Shown here: positions 56,842-64,000 of the stretch, piece by piece
How positions within the stretch are numbered: position 1 is the stretch's first letter
How the letters are laid out: every line of letters starts with the position of its first letter
IMG/VR virus record: IMGVR_UViG_3300034117_001294
Span: 1-64,000 of that record
DNA: 64,000 nt
Direction: 5' to 3' (one strand)
The notes under the pieces: model-generated
What the model saw: the letters and a program-made list of their open reading frames with translations, nothing else
Databases searched by the model: none
Told to the model about the DNA's origin: nothing
Translations under genes and position numbers: made by a program

Positions 56842-57645
56842 ATGAATCGTTTGATTAAATTGGGTTTTGTTATCGCCGCAGTTGCATTGACTTCTGCATG
56901 TACTCGAATTGAGACTGGTGAGGTCGGTGTTCGAGTTGGTTTCGACAAGCAGGTACAGGCAGGCGAACTGTTGCCAGGTAGCTTTAACCAAAGTCTAATT
57001 GGTACTATCTTGACGTTCCCTATCAAGGACGTCAATGTCACACTCAATGACATGACCCCTGTGGCCAAAGACAACTCAACAATGAAAGACTTTGATGCTG
57101 TGGTTGTGTATAACATCAACCCTGCTCAGGTAGCAGAGTTGTACTCAACGAAGAACAAGAGTTTCCATGCTGATTTCAAAGGCGACACTTATGTGATGTA
57201 TAACTATATTGTTCAAAATGCTCGTAATGCTATCTACAAGGCAGCACGTAAGTACGAAGCATTGGACATGGCAGACAATCGTGGTGAAATGGAAAACTTT
57301 ATCAAAGAAGAAGTTATTCGTAATTTGACAGAAGAAAAGTTGGATGGTTCTATCACCATTAGTCAAGTGCTGATTCGTAACGTAGTACCTGCTGACAGTG
57401 TTGTTGCCAGTGCTAATGAATTAGTCAAATCCAAGAACGAATTGAAGCAGAAGGAAATTGAAGTTAAGACCGCCGAAGCTGAATCGCGTCGTATGGCAGC
57501 ATTGGCTAATAACTCAACTAGTTCCATTGCGTTTATGCGGGCACAGGCTGAACTTAATATCTCCGAAGGTATTAAAAACGGCAAGGTACAGACTATTGTT
57601 GTTCCAAGCAATATGACTGCTCTAGGTAACATTAGCGGTCGCTGA
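56842..57645 (+). CDS. SPFH/band-7 (prohibitin-like) lipoprotein
   Basis: Lipobox-like TSAC, IETGEVGVRV, coiled-coil C-terminus; start reassigned. Confidence 0.8.
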   Translation: MNRLIKLGFVIAAVALTSACTRIETGEVGVRVGFDKQVQAGELLPGSFNQSLIGTILTFPIKDVNVTLNDMTPVAKDNSTMKDFDAVVVYNINPAQVAELYSTKNKSFHADFKGDTYVMYNYIVQNARNAIYKAARKYEALDMADNRGEMENFIKEEVIRNLTEEKLDGSITISQVLIRNVVPADSVVASANELVKSKNELKQKEIEVKTAEAESRRMAALANNSTSSIAFMRAQAELNISEGIKNGKVQTIVVPSNMTALGNISGR

Positions 57646-57663
57646 TTAGATAAAAAGAAGAAT

Positions 57664-57699
57664 AAGGGCCTTGACGGCCCTTTTCTTTTGTGCTACAAT
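57664..57699 (+). terminator. Terminator hairpin fused to sigma70 promoter
   Basis: aagggcc-TTGAC-ggccctt-ttctttt; TACAAT at 57694 (17-nt spacer from TTGACG). Confidence 0.75.
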
Positions 57700-57732
57700 A
57701 TATTTTCATACACTGCTTGAAAGATTTATAAA

Positions 57733-58035
57733 ATGTTTGATTGGTTTAAAAATATTGGTCGTCGTGAATATCCTACTGATAGTCGAACTGACATGGAAAA
57801 GATTGGCAACGACATGAGCAAGGTTATTCCATTTCCGGAACTAAAATCAGTACCGCTTGCACCTCCTGAGGAAGAAAAGCCTGCTGTTACATATTACCGG
57901 CTGGGAATGACCAATAACAACAGAGTTAGTTTTGCAATGGGCTATAGTGAAATTACCTTGAACGCAGGCGGCATTGATAATCTAATTAAACAATTGGAAG
58001 TATTCCGCGACCAACTGCAAGAGGAAGACGAATGA
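57733..58035 (+). CDS. Hypothetical protein
   Basis: ORF after promoter. Confidence 0.55.
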   Translation: MFDWFKNIGRREYPTDSRTDMEKIGNDMSKVIPFPELKSVPLAPPEEEKPAVTYYRLGMTNNNRVSFAMGYSEITLNAGGIDNLIKQLEVFRDQLQEEDE

Positions 58036-58340
58036 TCAGTTTAAATTTTAACATTCGAAATCCCTGGAGTAACACATTTAAGAATTTGTGGTGTACAAGT
58101 TTTGTCACTCTCTTTAAGAACAAATTTATTGAACTAGAAGTTACTAGAGATTCCACCCTAGTGTCTTTTATGTTTAATTGGACCATTAGGCAAAGTCACG
58201 CAGGCTTAGATTTAGAAGTCGGCCTGTTTGGATATAATGTACATTTTCAGTTATATGACAATCGCCACTGGAATACAGAAACAGGATGTTGGGTAATGTA
58301 TGACGAAATATCCGGAGAGTCAAATGGGCAATCAAACTGA
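58032..58340 (+). CDS. Hypothetical protein
   Basis: ATGA overlap. Confidence 0.5.
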   Translation: MISLNFNIRNPWSNTFKNLWCTSFVTLFKNKFIELEVTRDSTLVSFMFNWTIRQSHAGLDLEVGLFGYNVHFQLYDNRHWNTETGCWVMYDEISGESNGQSN

Positions 58341-58569
58341 TTACTTTAATAAAATTGGATATAAACACACTTATGACATCGGTGATCGTGTCATAGGTAA
58401 ATGGCATAAGATTCCATTTGTAGGAACTGTGGGTAACGACCGCTTGATTAATCATATTACTGGTCCAGAAGTAACTATACACTTAGATCTACCCTTTAAA
58501 TATCAAGACAAAATTTATAATTTTATCATTGTAAAGCATAAAGATATTAGGCGGCTTAAAGAGCTATGA
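58324..58569 (+). CDS. Hypothetical SH3-like small protein
   Basis: YDIGDRVIGKW..IPFVGTV. Confidence 0.5.
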   Translation: MGNQTDYFNKIGYKHTYDIGDRVIGKWHKIPFVGTVGNDRLINHITGPEVTIHLDLPFKYQDKIYNFIIVKHKDIRRLKEL

Positions 58570-59261
58570 CATATGAATGGAATGATATATTAATTGTAGG
58601 GGATAGTTTTTGTGCAGACCGCACTGAGAAAAGTGACTGGCCAAATATATTTACATCTTCCCTTACAGGTCAGCTATTTCATCCTACTCTACAAGTTAGG
58701 GGTGAAGGATTCAAGGGTGCAAGCTGGTGGTCGGCTAGGAAAAAACTATTAGTAGAACTAAAACACAGACCTGTAAAAGTTTTGGTTGTTTGTCATACAG
58801 AACCTTACAGAATTCCAAACGATCGAGGACTGGGTATTAATACATTAAGTGTCGAAACTAAGAATATAACAACTCCTCCCGGTGTTGAGAAACCTTCTGA
58901 AAATTTTATCAAAGCAGCCCTTGGGTATTACGAATATATTATATCCGAAAAATATCATCTTTGGGCATACCAACAATGGTTTAATGAAATAGATAAAATT
59001 GCCGTCGACAATAACATAGAAAAAGTTATACACTTCTTTTGTTTTCGGGGAGACTATAATAATCATACTTTTGCCAGAGGAGTTACTATAGAAACTCCGT
59101 TAATCGATCTGCAACAATATTCAGCATTGTGGAAAAAGAACGATACTAGGAATCACTTTCCACCCTTACAAAATTCAGAGTTCGGTGATAAGTTAGCAGG
59201 TATAATAAAAAACTATCCCGGAGACGGTGTAAGATTAAATATCAAGTTAATAGGAAAATGA
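58566..59261 (+). CDS. Hypothetical SGNH-like protein
   Basis: IVGDSFC N-terminus; RNHF..LQN C-terminus. Confidence 0.45.
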   Translation: MTYEWNDILIVGDSFCADRTEKSDWPNIFTSSLTGQLFHPTLQVRGEGFKGASWWSARKKLLVELKHRPVKVLVVCHTEPYRIPNDRGLGINTLSVETKNITTPPGVEKPSENFIKAALGYYEYIISEKYHLWAYQQWFNEIDKIAVDNNIEKVIHFFCFRGDYNNHTFARGVTIETPLIDLQQYSALWKKNDTRNHFPPLQNSEFGDKLAGIIKNYPGDGVRLNIKLIGK

Positions 59262-59262
59262 A

Positions 59263-59622
59263 ATGACACAACTTAAAGGACTGGTTCCAAAAGGTTGGGG
59301 CTCGGAATTTATCTGGGCCACAAACGACAAGTATTGCGGCAAGTTTATGAACTTTAACGCGGGTGCAAAGTTCAGTATGCACTTCCATAAAGACAAAGAA
59401 GAAACTTGGTATATACAAAGTGGCAAGTTTCTTGTTCGATGGATTGATACTAAGACTGCTGAATTATACGAAAAAGAATTGCGTGATGGTGCAGTATGGC
59501 ACAATACACCCTGTATGCCACATCAACTAGAGTGTATCGAAGCCGGAACTGTTATCGAAGTATCCACACCAGACAGCGTGGAAGACAACTACCGTGTAGG
59601 CAAAGGCGACAGTCAAAAATGA
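59263..59622 (+). CDS. Cupin (sugar isomerase-like)
   Basis: KGWGSEFIW, SMHFH.DKEETW, PHQL. Confidence 0.75.
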   Translation: MTQLKGLVPKGWGSEFIWATNDKYCGKFMNFNAGAKFSMHFHKDKEETWYIQSGKFLVRWIDTKTAELYEKELRDGAVWHNTPCMPHQLECIEAGTVIEVSTPDSVEDNYRVGKGDSQK

Positions 59623-60017
59623 CTCGAGTCATGGTAAATGGTACGTTTGATATTCTGCATCGCGGCCACCTCGAATTATTAAACTTTGCCAGAAGCAAAG
59701 GAGACACTCTACTAGTTGCTATTGATACTGATCGAAGAGTGAAAGAATTAAAAGGCGATGCTCGTCCCATTAACAATCAAGAAGATCGTAAATTTCATTT
59801 AGAAAATCTAAAGGCTGTTGATGGGGTAATGTTATTTGACAGCAAAGAAGAACTAATTGAGATTATGAAGGGTTGGGAGCCTGACATTTATGTAAAGGGC
59901 AGTGACTGGAAATCTAACTCTGGAACTGCACACCAATATTCAAAAGAAGTAATTTATTATGACAGAGTCGGCGAATACTCAACAACCAATATCATACAAC
60001 GTATTGCTGATCGGTGA
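59619..60017 (+). CDS. rfaE2: Cytidylyltransferase-family enzyme, RfaE domain II-like
   Basis: NGTFDILHRGH, LKG..RPIN, VKGSDW, YSTT. Confidence 0.8.
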   Translation: MTRVMVNGTFDILHRGHLELLNFARSKGDTLLVAIDTDRRVKELKGDARPINNQEDRKFHLENLKAVDGVMLFDSKEELIEIMKGWEPDIYVKGSDWKSNSGTAHQYSKEVIYYDRVGEYSTTNIIQRIADR

Positions 60018-60741
60018 TAGTTGTACTGATATCTATAATATAGGTACAGTAGATAGATTGAGCCCGGAGGCTCCTGTACCTGTTGTTAAAATTGTAGAAA
60101 CATTTTCACTGCCTGGTATGAGTGCAAATGTCCATAGTAATTTAGTACATCTAAATATTGAACCAGATTTTATACACAACGAAACTTCTATTACCAAAAC
60201 TAGATTCATAGATAAAAGGTCAGGTCAACATCTGCTTAGAGTTGACGATGAAGATGATGTTGTTCAATGGTCTGGCAGAACTACTGAGCCACTAGAGTCA
60301 TATGATGCTATTGTGATCTCAGATTACAATAAAGGATTCTTAACCTATGAGCACATTGAAAGAATTATAGGGTCGGTAAAATGTCCAGTGTTTATAGATA
60401 CAAAGAAACAAGACTTGTCAAGATTTAGGGCAGATCATTGCTATGTTAAAATTAACGAAACTGAATACAAAAATAGATTCAGTGTTCCAAAAAATTTAAT
60501 TGTTACATTAGGGGATCGCGGAGCACAATATAAAGATCAATTGTATCCAACTCAGTCAGTTGAAGTCATGGATGTGTGCGGTTGTGGGGATACATTTTTA
60601 GCCGCACTAACTGCTGAATATCTATACACAAAAGATATAGAAAAAGCTATAATATATGCAAACAAGGCGGCTAGTATTACTGTGCAACATCGCGGAAATT
60701 ATTCACCCACTTGTGAAGAAATCTCGAAAATCTCGGGATAA
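59959..60741 (+). CDS. rfaE1: PfkB-family kinase, RfaE domain I-like
   Basis: RLSPEAPVPV, KTRF, SDYNKG, DVCGCGDTF, N.AA.I.V. Confidence 0.8.
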   Translation: MTESANTQQPISYNVLLIGDSCTDIYNIGTVDRLSPEAPVPVVKIVETFSLPGMSANVHSNLVHLNIEPDFIHNETSITKTRFIDKRSGQHLLRVDDEDDVVQWSGRTTEPLESYDAIVISDYNKGFLTYEHIERIIGSVKCPVFIDTKKQDLSRFRADHCYVKINETEYKNRFSVPKNLIVTLGDRGAQYKDQLYPTQSVEVMDVCGCGDTFLAALTAEYLYTKDIEKAIIYANKAASITVQHRGNYSPTCEEISKISG

Positions 60742-60822
60742 ATAAATTTGTAGGACGCCGTTAGGGTTCTACAAATGGGGAATAGTTCCCCACAATGTTC
60801 TTGCTTATTAAGGAGAAAAACA

Positions 60823-61254
60823 ATGAACGCACTTTCACGCTTTGACACAACAGCTCTACAACATCTGAATAGAGCACTTATCGGATTCAATCGTATTTCA
60901 AACGATTTCGAAAACCGACACGTAAATTCCACAACAAACTATCCGCCTTATAATGTCATTCAACGTGACGAAAATAACTTTGAAATCGAAATCGCAGTAG
61001 CAGGTTTTGACAAAGAAGATATTACAGTTGCAGTTGACCAGGATCAATTAATCATCAAAGGTAACCGTACTAAAGATGAAGATTCGGAAAAGTACATTCA
61101 CCGCGGACTGGCTGCTCGTGATTTTGAACGGGCGTTTACGCTTGTAGATCACGTAGAAGTGGGCGATGCTGAGTTGACAAACGGCATTCTTCGTGTTAAA
61201 CTTACACGAGTAGTACCTGAAGCACTCAAGCCTCGTTTGATTGCCATCAAGTAA
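60823..61254 (+). CDS. Small heat shock protein Hsp20/IbpA
   Basis: NYPPYNV, IEIAVAGF, YIHRGLA.R.FER.F, L.NGIL.V; AAGGAG RBS. Confidence 0.92.
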   Translation: MNALSRFDTTALQHLNRALIGFNRISNDFENRHVNSTTNYPPYNVIQRDENNFEIEIAVAGFDKEDITVAVDQDQLIIKGNRTKDEDSEKYIHRGLAARDFERAFTLVDHVEVGDAELTNGILRVKLTRVVPEALKPRLIAIK

Positions 61255-61258
61255 GTTC

Positions 61259-61278
61259 AGGGGCTCCGGCCCCTTTTT
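61259..61278 (+). terminator. Intrinsic terminator
   Basis: agggg-ctccgg-cccct-tttt. Confidence 0.65.
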
Positions 61279-61289
61279 AGAAAGTCTAT

Positions 61290-61598
61290 ATGGCAAATAC
61301 CAAAACTAAAGATATTGTTGATATTGAAGAAGATTTTGACATTGTAACACCCGGCATGTACAAAGTGATTGTACTAAATGATGATCACACCCCAATGGAT
61401 TTTGTCATTGCATTATTGATGCATGTGTTTAAGCACAACGAATCTAGTGCAAAAGAAATAACAATGCGAGTACATGAACAGGGTGCAGGTGTTGCCGGTG
61501 TTTATACTTACGAAGTTGCAGAACAAAAAGGTGTAGAAAGCACAATGCTTGCTAGACAAAATGGTTGGCCACTAGCTGTTAGAATCGAAGAAGAATGA
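61290..61598 (+). CDS. clpS: N-end-rule adaptor ClpS
   Basis: YKVIVLNDDHTPMDFV, VHEQG.G, EVAEQK, PL. Confidence 0.93.
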   Translation: MANTKTKDIVDIEEDFDIVTPGMYKVIVLNDDHTPMDFVIALLMHVFKHNESSAKEITMRVHEQGAGVAGVYTYEVAEQKGVESTMLARQNGWPLAVRIEEE

Positions 61599-62821
61599 AA
61601 CAATACGCCGTTACTGGAATAGGAATCATTAATGGGCTAGGTGCAAGTGTTCAAGAAAACTGGAAAAATCTGTTAGCAGGAGAAACTGCAATTAAACAGA
61701 TCAAATGGCCTGAAGATAATCCGACAAAATTTCCAAGAACACATAAATCTTTAATTGTCTCTTCTGGAGCACCGTGTCCGTTACCTGCGTTTGAAGAAGC
61801 AGAATTTGGAGGGCATCACCAGTATTGGGATCCGTGTGTTAAAATATCAATGCACACTGCTAGAGATGCTATCAGAGACAGCAATCTTACTAGCAAAAAT
61901 GTTTCAGTAGTGTTTAGTACCACTGGTGGAAGTTTACATAGTAGAGCATACATGATGCGACAACTAGAAGATGGCCGCGAAAGAGTTTCACCAAGGCAGG
62001 TAATACAAGCAACTGCGGATTACATTAGCGGATTGATTGCTAGGATATACGAATGCAACGGTGGTTCAACTTCGATGCACTCTGCATGTTCAACTGGACT
62101 AACTGGTATTGATTATGCTATTAAGCAACTAGAATTTAATGACGATCTCGATGCTGTCATTGTGGGAGGTGCCGACGTACCCATTGAAGGCTTCCAAGTA
62201 TACTACTTTCAAAATCTCGGTGCATTAAGTTTACAACCAGCAGAAATTGCCAGTAGACCTTTTGACAAAGATAGATCAGGATTTGTAGCAGGAGAAGCTG
62301 CTGGCACACTAATTATCGAACCGTTAGATAAAGCCAAAGCACGGGGTGCAAAGATTTACGGAATAATCAAGTCTGTGGGAATTGCCACAGCTGGTAATAA
62401 TGATACTGCCCCAGATAAAAACGGTGACGCTGCAAAGTTAGCAGTAACCAGAGCAATAAAACAAGCAGGCATACAGTTAGCCGATGTCGGATATATTAAT
62501 GCACACGCTACCGGAACTAAAGTCGGAGATGACATTGAATTTTATGCCATGCGTGAGTTGTTGCCAGGCACAACAATGACGGCAAATAAAGGACAAATTG
62601 GACACACGTTGGCTGCAAGCGGAATTGTTGAAACTATCTACACTGTGTTAGCACTACGAGATCAAATATCACCCCCTACTGTAAATTTAACTAACCCAAT
62701 TGATGTAGGAATCAATATTCCTACCAAGGCCACGGTGATTGCAACTAAGTATGCAATAAAGAACAATTTTGCATTCGGCGGCAGGGCTGCTTGTGCAGTA
62801 TTAGAACGTTACGAGGATTAA
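61595..62821 (+). CDS. fabF: Beta-ketoacyl-ACP synthase II
   Basis: Cys-His-His triad SACSTG, INAHATGT, GHTLAASG; RPFDKDRSGF, NNFAFGG. Confidence 0.9.
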   Translation: MKQYAVTGIGIINGLGASVQENWKNLLAGETAIKQIKWPEDNPTKFPRTHKSLIVSSGAPCPLPAFEEAEFGGHHQYWDPCVKISMHTARDAIRDSNLTSKNVSVVFSTTGGSLHSRAYMMRQLEDGRERVSPRQVIQATADYISGLIARIYECNGGSTSMHSACSTGLTGIDYAIKQLEFNDDLDAVIVGGADVPIEGFQVYYFQNLGALSLQPAEIASRPFDKDRSGFVAGEAAGTLIIEPLDKAKARGAKIYGIIKSVGIATAGNNDTAPDKNGDAAKLAVTRAIKQAGIQLADVGYINAHATGTKVGDDIEFYAMRELLPGTTMTANKGQIGHTLAASGIVETIYTVLALRDQISPPTVNLTNPIDVGINIPTKATVIATKYAIKNNFAFGGRAACAVLERYED

Positions 62822-63373
62822 ATGAGTCTTAAAGAATTAACAGCAGAAAATCACGATCGTGCAGAACACACACCTTTTATGAAGGCAGTGTTTGCAAAGA
62901 CATTACCCAGAGAAATATGGACAGACTGGACTTTACAAAAGTCCTTATTTTACGGTGCAATCGAAGGTGCAGCCGGTGCTAACAGATTACTAGGCGACTT
63001 GCCCGATCTGCGTAGAGAATTTTATCTAAACATGGACTACAATGAGATGAACGGGCAAAATCCTCGTCACTCATATCGCCCATTGGTTATTGATTATTAC
63101 AACTATATATTAAGCATCAGTCAAGATCCTAATAAGGTTATGGCACATTTATATGTGTGGCATATGGGAGATATGTTCGGCGGACAAATGATTAAGAAGA
63201 TTGTTCCGGGTCCGCATCGCAATTTAGAATTTGAAGATGCTAACACATTAAAAACTAACATTCGTGCTAAGTTAGATGACAGCATGGGCGACGAAGCCAA
63301 TGTAGCTTTTGAATGGGCTATCAAAATTATGGAGTCATATAACAATGAGCTTGGTCTGGAACAGTCTAATTGA
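62822..63373 (+). CDS. hemO: Heme oxygenase (HemO-like)
   Basis: LKELTAENH..AE (proximal His), AHLYVWHMGDMFGGQ, EANVAF. Confidence 0.85.
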   Translation: MSLKELTAENHDRAEHTPFMKAVFAKTLPREIWTDWTLQKSLFYGAIEGAAGANRLLGDLPDLRREFYLNMDYNEMNGQNPRHSYRPLVIDYYNYILSISQDPNKVMAHLYVWHMGDMFGGQMIKKIVPGPHRNLEFEDANTLKTNIRAKLDDSMGDEANVAFEWAIKIMESYNNELGLEQSN

Positions 63374-64000
63374 TATACAAACTGAGTTTGAAAGACAATT
63401 CAATCTCAGTGGTACAGAAGTACAAGAGCCGGGCTTAGAAAGATTCAGTTGGTACAACAAAGTCTGGACCAGTAGCTTATATCGCAGAGCACACATCGAT
63501 GTAGTAGATGCTAGAGAAACCAAGGGCCTATGGATGATGCATTGCTGTGTGTTTCCGCATACTCATAATCCTGCACCTATCTTTGGATTTGATGTAGTAG
63601 CTGGCAAAAACAAAGTAACAGGTGCGTTTCACGACTTTAGTCCTGCTGGTGATCCAGAGCATCCGATGCTAGATTATTTTGCAGACGAAGCACAAAAATT
63701 AGAGTGGAACAAAGTTAGACGTTTGCCCGACTGGGCAGAGCGTATCTTTACTCCTAGCATGATCAGTGCGGGAAACGTTAACGATCCAACTGAGCTTCAA
63801 CAACTGTATTTTACTGCTATTAATAACTTAAAGCATTTCATTAACACAGTAGGCGAGACAAACGGAACTGCATTAGACACTGGTCCTGCACAGGATTACT
63901 ATTGTGAAAATCAAAGACAGAATCCCCATACTCCTAAAGTAATGACTGCATTGGGTTTGAATCCAGAAGACGTTCGTGTGTTTATACAGGACTGCCTGTT
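63345..64000 (+). CDS. pcyX: Ferredoxin-dependent bilin reductase, PcyA/PcyX-like (3' truncated by window; absent from ORF track)
   Basis: Stop-free frame from ATG 63345: YRRAH, WMMHCCVFP, PIFGFDVV, FHDFSP, LPDWA.IF, YCENQRQNPHT.KVM. Confidence 0.85.
   Translation, partial: MSLVWNSLIDIQTEFERQFNLSGTEVQEPGLERFSWYNKVWTSSLYRRAHIDVVDARETKGLWMMHCCVFPHTHNPAPIFGFDVVAGKNKVTGAFHDFSPAGDPEHPMLDYFADEAQKLEWNKVRRLPDWAERIFTPSMISAGNVNDPTELQQLYFTAINNLKHFINTVGETNGTALDTGPAQDYYCENQRQNPHTPKVMTALGLNPEDVRVFIQDCL

Noticed and set aside
1-64000. Cellular (bacterial) chromosome origin
   Set aside because: Tail fibres, rIIA/rIIB, T4-like late motifs, short intergenic gaps and isolated single metabolic genes out of their operon context indicate a large phage
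1-64000. Stop-codon recoding (code 15 or 4), as in some huge phages
   Set aside because: Long enzymes are uninterrupted under code 11, and TAA, TAG and TGA all terminate genes at sensible positions

Overview
A 64 kb segment of a large T4-like (myovirus/jumbo-type) bacteriophage. It is densely coded, mostly on the + strand, and uses the standard genetic code. About 1-21 kb holds virion genes: tail fibres, one of them with a Hint domain, and putative head/internal proteins, interrupted by antisense tailoring enzymes. About 21-31 kb is nucleotide/redox metabolism (nrdA, erpA, sod, iscU, aldolase, nrdB, glutaredoxin, thyX, dCMP deaminase) ending in a circularly permuted two-piece tmRNA (tag ANDSQFALAA). 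About 31-64 kb is a host-takeover region: PlcP-like phosphoesterase plus GT2, an outer-membrane barrel, AcpS, ClpX, ribosomal bS21, 5-aminolevulinate synthase, a radical SAM protein, a PBP7-like peptidase, arrays of small cassette paralogs, NAD salvage (NadM-Nudix, macro domain, NAMPT), rIIA/rIIB, SPFH, split HldE, Hsp20, ClpS, FabF, heme oxygenase and a PcyX-like bilin reductase that runs off the window. Two promoter classes are visible: sigma70 TTGACA-17-TATAAT, often fused into terminator hairpins, and a T4-like late motif TAAATA, often only 4-8 nt before ATG, which suggests leaderless mRNAs. The most striking candidates are the ALAS + heme oxygenase + bilin reductase set, the membrane-lipid remodelling set, the alpha-type permuted tmRNA with a tRNA-like insert, and the self-coupling small-gene cassettes. 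All protein assignments come from motif recognition only; no database search was run.
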